DNA from: Chlorokybus atmophyticus
Lineage: Eukaryota; Plantae; Mesostigma and Chlorokybus algae
Reading direction: 5' to 3'
Assembly (NCBI GenBank): GCA_009103225.1
Contig: RHPI01003156.1
Location: forward strand, 536,537 to 600,536
DNA length: 64,000 nucleotides
Position 1 is the first letter of the stretch. The number at the start of each line of letters is the position of its first letter. The notes under the pieces were generated by a model. That model saw only the letters and a program-made list of their open reading frames with translations, was not told the DNA's origin and made no database searches. Position numbers and translations under genes: made by a program. This document shows positions 50,679-62,900 of this stretch, piece after piece.

Positions 50679-53600
50679 CAACAAGCCCACCGCAACTAAG
50701 CACACCAAGCACGGCAATGACAAGCACAGTGCACAAGAGCATGCACAAGCTCTCACACAATGAGAGGATTTTTGAGAACCGGGGCGGCGTGTTTCGTAGT
50801 TCAAGTTGCTTAACAAGCTCTTAGCTTTATCACTTACAGTGTCACCAGCTGGGTCGGTGAACACTGTGACTACTTATACAAGTCAAATCATGACTGTTCA
50901 GGTTCTAAGCTAACAGTCTTATCGAGGCTATTTTATTAAGGAAACCCCCACTCGATGCGGAAAACAACTCATAACTGAACTCATAATTGAGCAGCTACGT
51001 GCGGTGCTTATGTAGGCTACGGTCATGATCTAGCTACTAGTCAGTGACGCGGATGCTTCATGCTGATAGGCCATGTGAGGATCTTTATGTAAGCATGCTC
51101 GATGAAGCTGGAATGCGAGGACAATAGGCATGGCATTGTGCACAAATGTATTCCAGGTGCAAATAATATGACTTACTGTTACAAAGTGCCACAAAGTTTG
51201 TTCAGTGATATCAAAATACATAAAATGTTATGTTATTATGTAAGGTCTGGTCGTAAAACGGCCACCCTGCTGCAAATGTATTGCGCTTATGTTTGGCTTG
51301 TGGTATAGTTAAGACTGTCATTACGTTGTTTACTACCGTGGTAATTGCATCTGAACTTGTAGTAGTATTGTTATTGCACACATAAGTTTACAAAAGGATC
51401 ATTTGTCATAATTCATTCTTATCTTACAATGCAACTTTAAACCGCTACGCATTACACATATGCTTACTATATTCATGTTATGCATTCAATGCTAATAAAC
51501 ACATATATACATACTATGTATATACAATGTCGAATAGTATTGATAACGTGATGCAATGTGAGTAATATGCTATTACATGAGATAAATGTATGATATGTCA
51601 TTATTATAATTGCGCTATCATGCGCATATGTTGTAGTACACTTGAACACTGTTACTTGTGTGGTTGATTGACTGCATAATGTACAAAACAAAGTAAGTAC
51701 CAGTGAAGCCGGTTTTTGAGTAAATAATGAATATTGGTTCAAATGTTCTAGCTGGATGGTTCCTTAAAAGATAAAAACGGCATACTGATGCGAGCCCTAT
51801 GTTAAACTATTTAAAAATGATGTAATGATTGATTCATAAGTATTTTAAAACCTGTAAACCTTATTCTCATGTTGTTATATCGCTTATGTATGTGCAAGTG
51901 TCCGGTTTGTACCCCGGTACCATTTGAGTATGAGCTGCTTGCCGCTCTTGTTGTTGACAAAGGCACATGGTTCTCATGTACAAATTGTTGTTAAGCAAAA
52001 TGGTATTGCACATTTACATATAACGGCTTTCATGGCTACTGCCGTCAACGCAATTGTGATCATTATAATCATTATCGGCAATAGTTGTCCGCTTTTACGG
52101 CGGTATGAATGTAGGTGTTGCAGATACCATTTACAAGCGCTTGGCTTGAGGCAATATTGCAGACGGCTCCTTTTACCACAAAGGTATTGACTATATCCAT
52201 ATGTATATAATTGCGGCATGATGTGATGGGCACTTCCTATAGTTATATGGGGAGCATAAATGCAAATAACCTCAACATCAATTGTGTCACATCGGCGCCT
52301 TAAGCACTATTAGTAGGCTACGGCAGCATATGTCGCTGCCATAAGAGGAGCCACATGCCATCTAACCATGTCCCATGATCACGTTTTGACCAGTTGCAAC
52401 TTCCGTTGTGGTCTTTATGACCGGAAAGTTGTACGTACCGGTTTACAACACAAATATATGCTTGTTCAAATGACATGTGCGGACAGTTAAAGCAAGTTGG
52501 TTGTGCAACATGGATGCTTGCTGTTAATAGCACAATCTAATTAAATCCCTACTGCATGATTATGCCCACGCACTACTGAGCCATCCTCCGACTGAAGCCA
52601 GATCAGCCCATTGTAAGGTGCAGCCGACCAGTTTGTATTTGAGTTGGTTTTGAATCATGCAACCTTTGCGCATGCGATGTGACGCAACTGCCAACTTTTG
52701 TAGCGAGTAGCCAGCGGCGTCGCTGGTTATGCGCAACAATAGCTGCACAATTGGCCCATAGCTAACGTGGTCACCATAGTAGCCACGCAACAGCTCCGTC
52801 ATGCACATAAATGTCTTCTGCCTCTTGACCTTCCTGTTGCCATTGAATGTCAGACCTATCCAACGCCAGCATTAGCACCAACACCCGCTGCACTGCATAA
52901 AGCCCGCATGACAGCTTTAACATCAAGGTATCTGTGCTCACAGCCTTTTCTCCTTGCCGTTGCTGAGTGTGCACGTCTCCACATAGGGTATGTCAAATAG
53001 GCAAACAAAGCATAGATAGCACTGCAGCAAGGCATGGCTAAACCCATACACCACCAATACCAACATCAAAACTGAACCAAGGGGCTGGTCCTATGTGCCA
53101 ATGCAACGTTAGGGTAGAAGCAAGCAGGCTGAAGTTGCGCCCAGGTATACCTGTGCAATACAGGAGAGGCACATGGAGGGAGAGGCAGAGGTAGCAGTAA
53201 GAACATGGACGAGGCCAGCACCTTGACCGACGCTCGACAATGCCCTCTACAGCCCCGCCACAAGTGCGCCGCCACTTGTGCTCTTGTACCATACCAGCCA
53301 ACGGGCACAAAGGGAACGCAAACGGCTGCAGCCGATGCTATTACGGTTACAAGCATGCAGGTCATCACAGCAACAGTTATAATACATAGCGGGCACCCAC
53401 AACATGCTCCCCGCTTGTTAGCACCCATACCTCATGCCTGAATCAGCAACAGCAGCTGCAGAACCATAGTTCCAATGACAGCACAACCCACGCCACTGCT
53501 TGGACACCATCGCGCTATGCCTAGGGTCTGCTCATGATTGAATGCCAGTCAAGTTGGTGTTGTCTAGGCTAAAACAAAGGCACAACATATGGTATCAAAA

Positions 53601-53868
53601 CCTTGAGACCACCAATACATTGTAGACAACATGTGCAGATGCTGGAGCAAACCTGCACGCAATTACACAACATCATCGCTCAGACTGCTGTCGTCAAGTG
53701 CTGGCATTTGTGAGTGTAGCCAAGCTACTCACGTCAATCAAGCTTTGGCTGGAAGCACACCAGACGACAGCTGAAGAGCTGTGCTCTTATCTACCGGTAC
53801 GCAAGAACAACAAGAGGGAGTATACACAGATATTTTGGGAGCGACATGTGAGATAGGGAGCAAGGCAG

Positions 53869-55141
53869 TCAGCTGGTCTTCTTCGCTTTGACATTGTCTT
53901 TGTTGTTGTCGTCTTTGTCTTCTTCCTCCTCGTCTTCGTCTTCGTCGTCCTCGTCATCACCTTCCGTCCTGGCCTGATCGTCCTCTGACGGCGCTGTGGC
54001 GTCGCCCTCATCTTGCGTCTCGCCCTCCGTGAGCGTGGTGTACTCGTCGTCCGTGCGCAAGCCGGCCTTGCGTCGCAGCGCCAGCTTTTCGTTCCTGCGC
54101 AATCCAGACATTCTGTGTCAGCCTCCTCAGCGCAGGTGCAGAACACAAAGAGCAATACACTGCAACACCAGTAAGCAACCCTTAGCAACTGATGCAATAA
54201 AAAGAGGGAAGACTGCCAACTTGCAGCTTGAGCTTGAACGATCCGTAGAGTGTGTTCAACACACTTAAACACTTAGACACAAGGATATATATGAACCATG
54301 TACCGCATGCAAATGTTCAGCACAAAACAGCTTCGCAATCAACTTCTGCCTTGTGACCGCAACTGCTTGCCAGCTGGTACGAAAGAACAACAAGTATCGG
54401 ATGCGTTATGCAAACCAAAACGTACTCAGGTACAGCAATGACATACACAAGCTGTCTACACAACTAGCATGGATGGTCATGCAGCAGCTGCAAGGGCATC
54501 TTTGTGCTGCAGGACTGATACCTTCCCGGCGGGTTCGTGTCGCGGATGTGAACACATTCACATCAATGCGAGCTCAAGGGCAGAAAGCGAGTATAGCTGA
54601 ATCTGTTATTGTAGATAGGGAGACATTACGCTGATAAAAGTGCTCAGCACGACAGCAAACAGACAGAACATTGAGCTCTTCTTGCTGTTGCAAAAGTGCA
54701 TTGCACAGTTGACTGTGCCATGTCAATTGTGCGATGCACTCTTTGTGAAATACCGCATGTCTTTTTCAGGAACAAAATTTGGCATGTCACGCAATGCTGC
54801 ACACCCAAAGCTCAACAATGCAGGGCTGAACTGCGCAGGCTGTGGCAAGCGAACTGAATCCAACCTTATAGTAGACTGAGCCAACGCAAGATAAGTTCAG
54901 CACGGCAAGGTAAGTTCAGCAAATTAGACCAGACCAGACCAAAAGAATAACAACACAGGAACAGGAACCAGCACAGCAGCAGCACTCGCCTGAAGTCGCG
55001 CATGATGCCGAAGAGCTTAGCGAGCATCCATGCGAACGCGAGTGCGAGTACGGCGCGTGATGCCCATAGCTGCGCCTCCGCCTTGCCCTCCGGCTCGGTC
55101 AGCCGCGCCCACAGCAGCTGCGCCTGCGTTGCCGACGCCAT
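53869..55141 (-). CDS. Small single-TM protein with acidic C-terminal tail; 2 exons
   Basis: MASATQAQLLW...AVLALAFAWMLAKLFGIMRDFR|MSGLRRNEKLALRRK...DDEDDEDEDEEEEDKDD...KTS*. Joined by a GC-AG intron (54989-54113) in matching phase. Confidence 0.6.
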
Positions 55142-55910
55142 GCTCCGCCCCACTTACTACAATTCAGAAGTTGCGGGGGAAGGGGGGAAATTGTGCGAAC
55201 CACTGCTTACTCCACCAACACACGCGCAATACCGCCTCCCCCGCGCCCCGCAAAGACAAGCACGCACCCCAACCCCCACGCCGCCGCCGCCGCTGAGGTG
55301 AAAGCTGTAGGTTTTGGCCGCCACGTGGGAATGAGGCGGGAGAGAGAGCGGGTCGTGGCATACGGACAGGACGCGGGAGACTGCAGACGTTGCGTATGCG
55401 GTGACTTCTTTTTTGCTTTGGGTGGTGGTTGCTGTGCAACATCTGACCCAATGTCACTGCCATGCAAACAATAGCATACCCAGCCACTTTGACTACTACA
55501 TGCTGCCTGTGTGTGGAGTGCTTCGCGGCGTATAGTCGTCATCAAGTACAGATTGGTTGCGTGCGTGCGAGAGCGATGCGGCAAAAGGGCAAGGCAGCAG
55601 GTAGGCAAAGGGGCTGCGTGAGCATGTGCATCTGCAAGTTATGTTTGCCAAGTGGTGCGCGCGGGCAAGCGCACACGCACACGCATGCACACAGACACCG
55701 TTTTCAAGTGTGCAGATACCACTCCAAGTTGGATATGACACTAAGAGTCATGCAGTAGAATCCTTGCATGCCGGAGTGACGTTGATGTAAGATATGCATT
55801 CATGCGCGACTACACAAGGTGCGTGCTATATACAATCCGACAAGCATACGGCTTTCGCGCTGCACAATCGTTGCATTAGATATTGGCGTTTCAAGCACGT
55901 GTCCTCGGTA

Positions 55911-57084
55911 TCATCTCACGATGCCACCGATAGGTGTCGGCCTAGTAAGCTGCTGCTCTCCCATCTTTTCAAGCCTGAAACACACAAAGGAACAGAGTTG
56001 GAATGTCTTTCTTGCTCTCACTACATGACACAGGACGGCAACAAAGCAGCCGGTGACACATTCATGTCACACTGACCTGTCCTTGTCCATGACCGCTTTC
56101 ATAATGTCCGACGGGCTCGTTTCAAGCACAAGTCCACCCATAATCACCTCATCCAGTATGGCATGAGCCTGCACCCCAAGGCATGTCACATATACATTCA
56201 GGTGTACAACATGTCACCACACACACCTTATTGAAGTTGAACAAGAAGTCCAGCTCGCACACGTTGGCAAAGCATCGGTCGAGCGTCTCGACGTAGACTT
56301 GGATCATGTCGAGGATGGCGAGGTCGCTCTCGGCGGCGTCCACGACGAATGCGAGGAACAAGGTTGCATAATGCCTGTACACCACCCTAATGCCCTATTG
56401 AAGATGGTATTGCCACATCGTCAGAAGAGCGTGATGATAGTCAGTATGGCAAATGAAGCTTTGGAGGCAGGATGTGTTGCTTGCACTTACGGGTCCGAAG
56501 GTGGCCGCATCTTGAACTATGCAGCACATGCCATTGGTGCGCGCCGACAACGCTGCAACAAACAGGGTCAGTAGCAGATTGACTACAGCACCATCATCAA
56601 CCGGTCAGCGTGCATCTGCATGCAAGTGCTGATGTGCATTGTGTACAACACCTGGTCGCACAGAGTAGCGTCAAGCATGGAACTGCATGTTTGTACAATA
56701 ACAGGTAGTGCATGCGTACCTGAGTATACGAGCCGCACTAGGTTTTGCTGCTGGGCTGAGCTATGCTGCAAAAGTACAGCACACATTTGCGTGAGAGTAT
56801 GATATACTAATTATTCTGCGCTATAACCAAGCAAACCAACACAGTGCGCCACAGTTTTCGTAGTGACGCTACGATTCTGTGCTGTCTGTAGCAACTTGAA
56901 GGGAGTACATGCCATGCCATGCAAATGCATTGGAGTGACTTGATATTCATTAACCTGCATATGAGCAGAGAGTGACAATATTGTCTCAACCGTCTAGACT
57001 GACTAGACGGACCAGAGATGGGTGGTAGAAGCGCGTGAGGCGAGGCTTCCCCTGGCCGTTGACCACGACGACCGCCCTGATCAT
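55911..57084 (-). CDS. AP3S: AP-3 complex subunit sigma; multi-exon
   Basis: MIRAVVVVNGQGKPRLTRFY...VYRHYATLFLAFVVDAAESDLAILDMIQVYVETLDRCFANVCELDFLFNFNK|AHAILDEVIMGGLVLET. The YRHYATL motif is typical of sigma-3. Confidence 0.9.
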
Positions 57085-57307
57085 CACCCCCACTCACCCC
57101 GCCCACCTCCACCACGTCCTCCCGCTCCTCCCTGCCCTCGCCGCCGCCGCCGCCGCCGCCCCAAGCAACCAAAGCAGCTTTTCACTCACTGTGAAGCAGA
57201 ACACAAAAGAAGAAACACACACAACACAACTGTGTGCACGCACGCACTGGAACGCTTTACCTTGGGTTGTCGGCAGCGGCGTGTAGTTCAGGCAGGCTTG
57301 CCTCTGG

Positions 57308-59827
57308 ATGTGCGTTTGTCGTTGTTACTGTTGTGTCTCGAGTAGAGTAGTAGAAAGTTCTTCTTGTTGTTGCATGAGAGTGGTTGTTGAGCTGAGCTCG
57401 GTGCGGCCGAAGGCAGTGGTTGAGGAGGAGGAGGAGGAGGAGGAGAAGGAGTGGGTGGGTGCATTCCATGCATGCGATGCCTGCTGCTGCTGGGAGTGGC
57501 TGGTATGACACTGCCTTGCTTTGGAACGACTTGACGTCTGCATCAAAGGACGTTAACATGGTCAAGGTCTAGGTTGTGGTAGCAGCCAAGCTTGTTGTGG
57601 ACATGAGGAGTTTCAGTCTCTCAGTCTCTAGTGGCTGAGCGCAGCATGCATGCAAGCAGACGGCATATATCGTAGTCATGTCCGCAATACAGTACAACAG
57701 TACCATGCACTCTACTGGTGTAGGTTTATACCATAGTATATACTACGATATAGTACGCCGTCTGCATGCACAGTGATGCGGGCGCAACCAAAGTGGTCGA
57801 CCTGTTTTCGCTTGCACAACAAGACAGGATGGTTGCTAACCATGGTCATGTGTGCGGTTGTATTGCTGATGTTGTGAGGAAACTTAGCTCTCAGACATGA
57901 TGGCATGCATGCGTGCAGCTCGATGTCAACTCTACATGCAGTCACACTCCAAACGGCAGAACCGTGCCTCTCTCTTAACAAGTCATGCACATGGCCATTG
58001 TTGCACATTGTTGAAGTTTGCACAACAGTCCACGGCTGCTGCACGCAAAAGCACGCACCCGTGCGCATGTGTGTTTGTCAACCAGGTATGAGGAGGCTTG
58101 GAGGATCGCTGCCGAGCATGGTATCGCCCCGTACGCTGCCGCGCTCGTGCTCGTTGCTATTGGTCCCATTCGTCCCCTGCCAGGTTGGACTGTGTGCCTG
58201 GCACCCATGCATGAAACCACCCCCTTGCATACTGCACTGGACTGCAGCGCTCACCGCGGTATGTTACAGTATGTACCCCAACGTAGGGCATGTTATTGTG
58301 TGCTACACAGATTCCACGAGTATACCTGAGTATAATCAAAGCACTGCTTTGTGTCTGTGCACGCACGTGCGTGCGTGTTCGTGCGAGTGCATAGTCTTTC
58401 TGTGCAAGTTACGGGTCTTCATGAGCACACTGCACAACAGCACACGAAGCTCCTTGCACGCGCAGCAGCAGTCTATAGCAGTCTATGGACATGGACACAA
58501 TGCGCACGTATCATAATCCGCACCCTCGTGTACTTTAACAGCACTTGCTGTCCTACAATCAGGGGCTATGCTCTCTACTTGATAGGCACACAGGTACAGC
58601 GCGAAGCAGCAACGCGCGCTACTACTACTGTGCCGTACCTCAAACCATCTGTGCCTGCGTGTGCACACACACGCACGCACGCACACGCACACGCACACAC
58701 TCTGCCTCCAACAGCATCTCCACATTGTGTTTGCAGCCGCTGACCATCGGCGCGGGCGCCCTCTTCGGCGCCAAGGCCGGCGTCCCTGCCGTCTCACTCG
58801 CGCAGGCCATCGCCGCTGCCGTCGCTTTCACCATCGCGCGACGGCTGGCAAGCTCCAACGTCGGCAGCAGCGCAGCACGAGTACGAGCGGATATGTACAC
58901 ACACACACACACACACACACAGGCATGCTTGATACTTGTTATTACTCTGCTGGTGTGCAGTGGATAAGCCCGCGGGCTCTGAGTGCGGTGCAAGCGCTAG
59001 GCAGTAGTACCAGCGGCTCGAGCTTCTGGCGCGTGTTCTCAGCAGGCAAGGAGGAGTGTTGCCGCTGTTTTCTGTTGTTGTTGTCGGCGTCAACGCCATC
59101 ATCACCATCATCACCATCAACAGCTACTGTCGTGTTGTTGGTTTGCGTGCGCGTGTATGTACACGCACACATGCGTGCCTGCATATGTGCGCGTGTGAAC
59201 GTGTGTGCGTGTGTCTGTGCGCAGTTGTGGTGCTGAGGCAGAGTCCCGTGGTGCCTTTCGGTGCGGGGAACTACGCCATTGGCGGGTTGACGTCGATGCC
59301 GCTGCTGCCGTTCTTCCTCGGCACGCTCGTCGGCGTCGTCCCCACCAACACCATGCTCGCGCTCGCGGGCCAAACCGCCGCCTCCATGGGCAAAACCGGC
59401 GGTGAGTTCTGACAACGCAAACACAAGCAAGACAAGAGTCTGCATGCCTTCTACTGAGCGGTTGGTTTTCATCAGCTGTGACGAGCGTGGTAACTCACAG
59501 TTCGTAGCCCACGCATACAAAGAGCGGGTGCGCGTGTGTGTGCACGCGCACGCATTCATGCCTGCGATTCAACCTGCGCACTTTGGCACGCATATGCACG
59601 TGGCGGTTGTGCGCACGTGTGGGGTCTGTGCATACGGGCGTACAATGCAACACACACAACTCGACACCCGTTCTCCAGGTGTGGACCTGCCTCCCAGCCA
59701 GAAGTACGTCATGATGGCCGTGGGCGTCGCAGCGACCGCAATCACACTCTGGTCAGTTGTTCGAGCCCTCAGAAGCGCCGAACCACATGACAGCAATGCA
59801 TCCAACCCCAAGAAGAAGCTGCAGTAA
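57308..59827 (+). CDS. TVP38/TMEM64 family (SNARE-associated VTT/DedA-fold) membrane protein; start uncertain
   Basis: PLTIGAGALFGAKAG...AAAVAFTIARR, VVLRQSPVVPFGAGNYAIGGLTSMPLLPFFLGTLVGVVP, final TM and stop TAA at 59827. Divergent from AP3S. Confidence 0.85.
58899..58920. repeat. (AC)n microsatellite in intron
   Basis: acacacac... run. Confidence 0.9.
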
Positions 59828-60609
59828 GTAAGTATGCTGGCTTCATAAGGTCACCGTAATATCAGACGGCGATGATGCCGCCTGCCTCTCTGTTACGTTT
59901 GAGAAGAAAACAGTTCGTGTGATGAGAGAGACGAACGTGTGGTTGGTTGCGACACTGTGCGCCGCTGCGGGTTGACAATCAGAGTAGATGAAAAATTTGT
60001 TTGGTGTAGTGCACGGAGGGGATATGCTGCTATGCGTATAGTTTGTGACCATATCTGGTCAGTGTTGGTATTGTTAGTGGGTTGGAAGCCTGCAGTTGGT
60101 CGGTTGTGGAAAATCTCCAGGCAAGGCCCTTGAGTACAGCGTTCTGGAGATTTCAGCAGCAGCAGATGCAGTGTGTTGGGTGAACCGAGTCGGTGGACTG
60201 TTGTCGAGAGACGTGTTGCATGTGCTGGAGACACCTTACTGATGTGGCGGTGGCGGCGTTGTGAAGTTGTTACGATCTGATTTGTTGGTGTTGAGTGACT
60301 GGTCTGAGCCACACAACGCTCAGCTCATCCTTGCAAAGTGGGCATGCGGTGCGCAAAGCGGCTGTTGGCACATGTGCGTGCGTGTGAGCCTCATGCATGC
60401 AGTCAATGTCACTTGCTTTGCCATAGTCTTGGCCTATGCATGCACCGCAAGTACACTATATGGCCAGCACAAATATTGCATGTGCGCATTTGAGCACTGC
60501 CTCACACATACACGCACGCACCCACCCACCCACCCACCCACACTACCGGACACGCGCGCGAGGCAGCAACAATGGTGATGTCTTGTATTGATGTGTTGGT
60601 GTTTGTGTG

Positions 60610-61056
60610 TTAGTCCATGTGATGCGAGTCTTCAGTCCTCATGCATGCATTGCAAGCCTCACATGCTTGGCCATCTGCATGGTGTTCACAACAACCAAAG
60701 CCCGCATGCGTTTGCAAGGAGTGAGGGCACCCCATTGCTGGAAAAAAAACCGATGGCTTCACTCCAAACCAACACACCACTGAAGTGACATACACGCATG
60801 ATAACAACCAGCTAAGCTCACAGACAGTCTGCTGTAAGTCCACCGCCGCCGCACCAGCAGCTGGATAGCCGGAGGTTTGAGGCAAGGGTGTTGGGAGAGC
60901 AGACGTGGTGGAGGCGGCGACGGCGGCGGGAGAAGGAGGAGGAGGAGGAGGAGGAGGAGGAGGAGGAGGAGGAGGACGGCCAGTGGGGGTGGGGGAGAGA
61001 GTGGAGTGGAGTGGAGTGGAGGGAGAATAGCGAGAGAGGGATATAGAGAGGGACAT
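60610..61056 (-). CDS. Hypothetical Pro-rich ORF; coding status doubtful
   Basis: ATG-initiated 148-aa ORF whose poly-Pro derives from a (GGA)n microsatellite. A GTGAGC donor is present near 60828. No recognised domain. Confidence 0.2.
   Translation of the reverse strand: MSLSISLSRYSPSTPLHSTLSPTPTGRPPPPPPPPPPPPPPSPAAVAASTTSALPTPLPQTSGYPAAGAAAVDLQQTVCELSWLLSCVYVTSVVCWFGVKPSVFFPAMGCPHSLQTHAGFGCCEHHADGQACEACNACMRTEDSHHMD
60935..60975. repeat. (GGA)n microsatellite
   Basis: About 13 GGA units. Confidence 0.9.
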
Positions 61057-61209
61057 TTGTGTGAGTGTAGAGCAGCAGAGGCACAGGGGAAACGTCTTGC
61101 GTGAAGAGAGAACGCCAGGCTACACACACCAAGCGCAGCGGAGAGTGCAACAGCTTTAGCCAGAACTGGAAGTCAGTCGTTGGCAGCGGGAGCCGCACTT
61201 GTTGGGGGC

Positions 61210-62900
61210 ATGGTGAGGCCATGGTGTATTGCATGTATTGCGTCCGTCGTTCGTTTGTTATTCAGTGGTGATTGTTGTGCTGTATTGCTCCCAGAATTTT
61301 AAAGATAGCCCCACCCAAGAGAGAACACGCAAACATTTCACACACAGTGTGTGAAGCGCATGGCTACCCTTGCACGCAGGTGCAAGGCGGAGTGCTAACG
61401 GTCACTAGTGTTTCAGCAAGCGTGTTGGAAGCAGCTTTGGTTTTTTGTCTGTCATTGCACAGAAGTCTGGCTTTGTCCAGCTTGTTTTGCCATCCGCAGT
61501 GTTTGGTTGCGCTGTGCATTCAAAGCACTGCAGCAGCTTAGTCAAAAATCTACCTTGTCGTTTGCCTGTTACTCTTGGTAGAGAAATATTTGACTTGCCG
61601 TAATTTGCATCAAGTTGCATTGTTGTTACATGAGTTACCTTTGTCCTCCAGTTGTCGTCAGTTTCCTTGTGTCCTTGTGTACACATATTGCCTAGTGACA
61701 CATTCATTATGAAGCTTGAGAGTACAAGCTTGAAAGTGTTTTGAATTGACTCTTGGTGGGAGCAGGCCGGCAACAGGAAAGAGACTGTGTTGGACCTGGC
61801 CAAATATGTGGACAAGGGCGTGCTTGTCAAGCTCAGCGGGGGCAGAGAAGGTAAACCTCGTTTCTATGCTAGTCGAGTTGTTGATGCGAACTGCACTTGT
61901 TCAATTCGTTTAAGCAAATATGCATGCATGATGATATCATACGCATAGTGTTGATACAGCCCTAGCCTGCCTGCTTGCCACTTCTTGATAGCACTTGTTT
62001 CATGAAACAACAAGGAGAAACCTATGAGAGAGATTGTAGGTGTACGTTGCTGTCTTGTCTTGTCTTGGCCCCAGTTTGCCTGTGTGTACAACATGCAGCA
62101 GTTTGGACAAACTGCTACATGTTGTACACACAGAGCAGCCAGCTGCGCTGTAGTCGATTGTGGTTGCAACTTGCCAGCAGAACACATAACTGGTGTTTGT
62201 GACATTGTTCTGCATGCTGCGCGTCCACATTGTCAACACACTGTGGTCGTGCCGCTCGAAGTGATCATTGTGGTGATGCGCGCGCACAGCTGGCAAAGTC
62301 AGCTTTGCGCATCAGCTGTCATGCGCATGTCTTCATTATGATGCTTGAAGGGAAATCTATCAATGGCAGCTTCATGTTTGATGTTGTTACAGTGGGTGGG
62401 ATACTTAAAGGGTATGACCAGCTGCTGAACCTGGTGCTTGACGAAGCAACGGAAAACTTGCGAGGTGTGCGCTTGGGTTGCAACAAAGAGGCTGCGTGCA
62501 CCCCATTTGTTTTGGCATTTGTTGCTTACTAACGCTTGCTTCTGCCATGCATAGACCCGGACGACCCGATGAAGATTACGGATGAGACTCGCGCGTTGGG
62601 TTTGGTGGTTGGTTTACTTTGTTCTTTAGATATCCTTCTTACTGCATGCACAAAACCAAGCGTGTGTATGCGGTTGCCTGCTGAACACGTATGTTCCAGT
62701 TGAGTGACAAGATAGCGTCATGTAGTCATGCAGATAGTCCTGCTGCGTTGATTCACTTTGTGTGTATGTGTGCGTGTATTGTGTTGCTGACTTGTTGTTG
62801 CTTTATGCAGGTTTGCAGAGGGACTGCGGTGCTGTTGGTGGCTCCCGTCACTGGCACAGAGGAGATAGCCAATCCATTTATGGGCCAAGATGGCGCATAG
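61210..62900 (+). CDS. LSM7: Sm-like protein LSM7; ATG probably on a micro-exon (61210-61212)
   Basis: M|AGNRKETVLDLAKYVDKGVLVKLSGGRE|VGGILKGYDQLLNLVLDEATENLR|DPDDPMKITDETRALGLV|VCRGTAVLLVAPVTGTEEIANPF...A*. There is no in-frame ATG before 61766, so the ATG|GTGAGG micro-exon is inferred. Confidence 0.92.
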
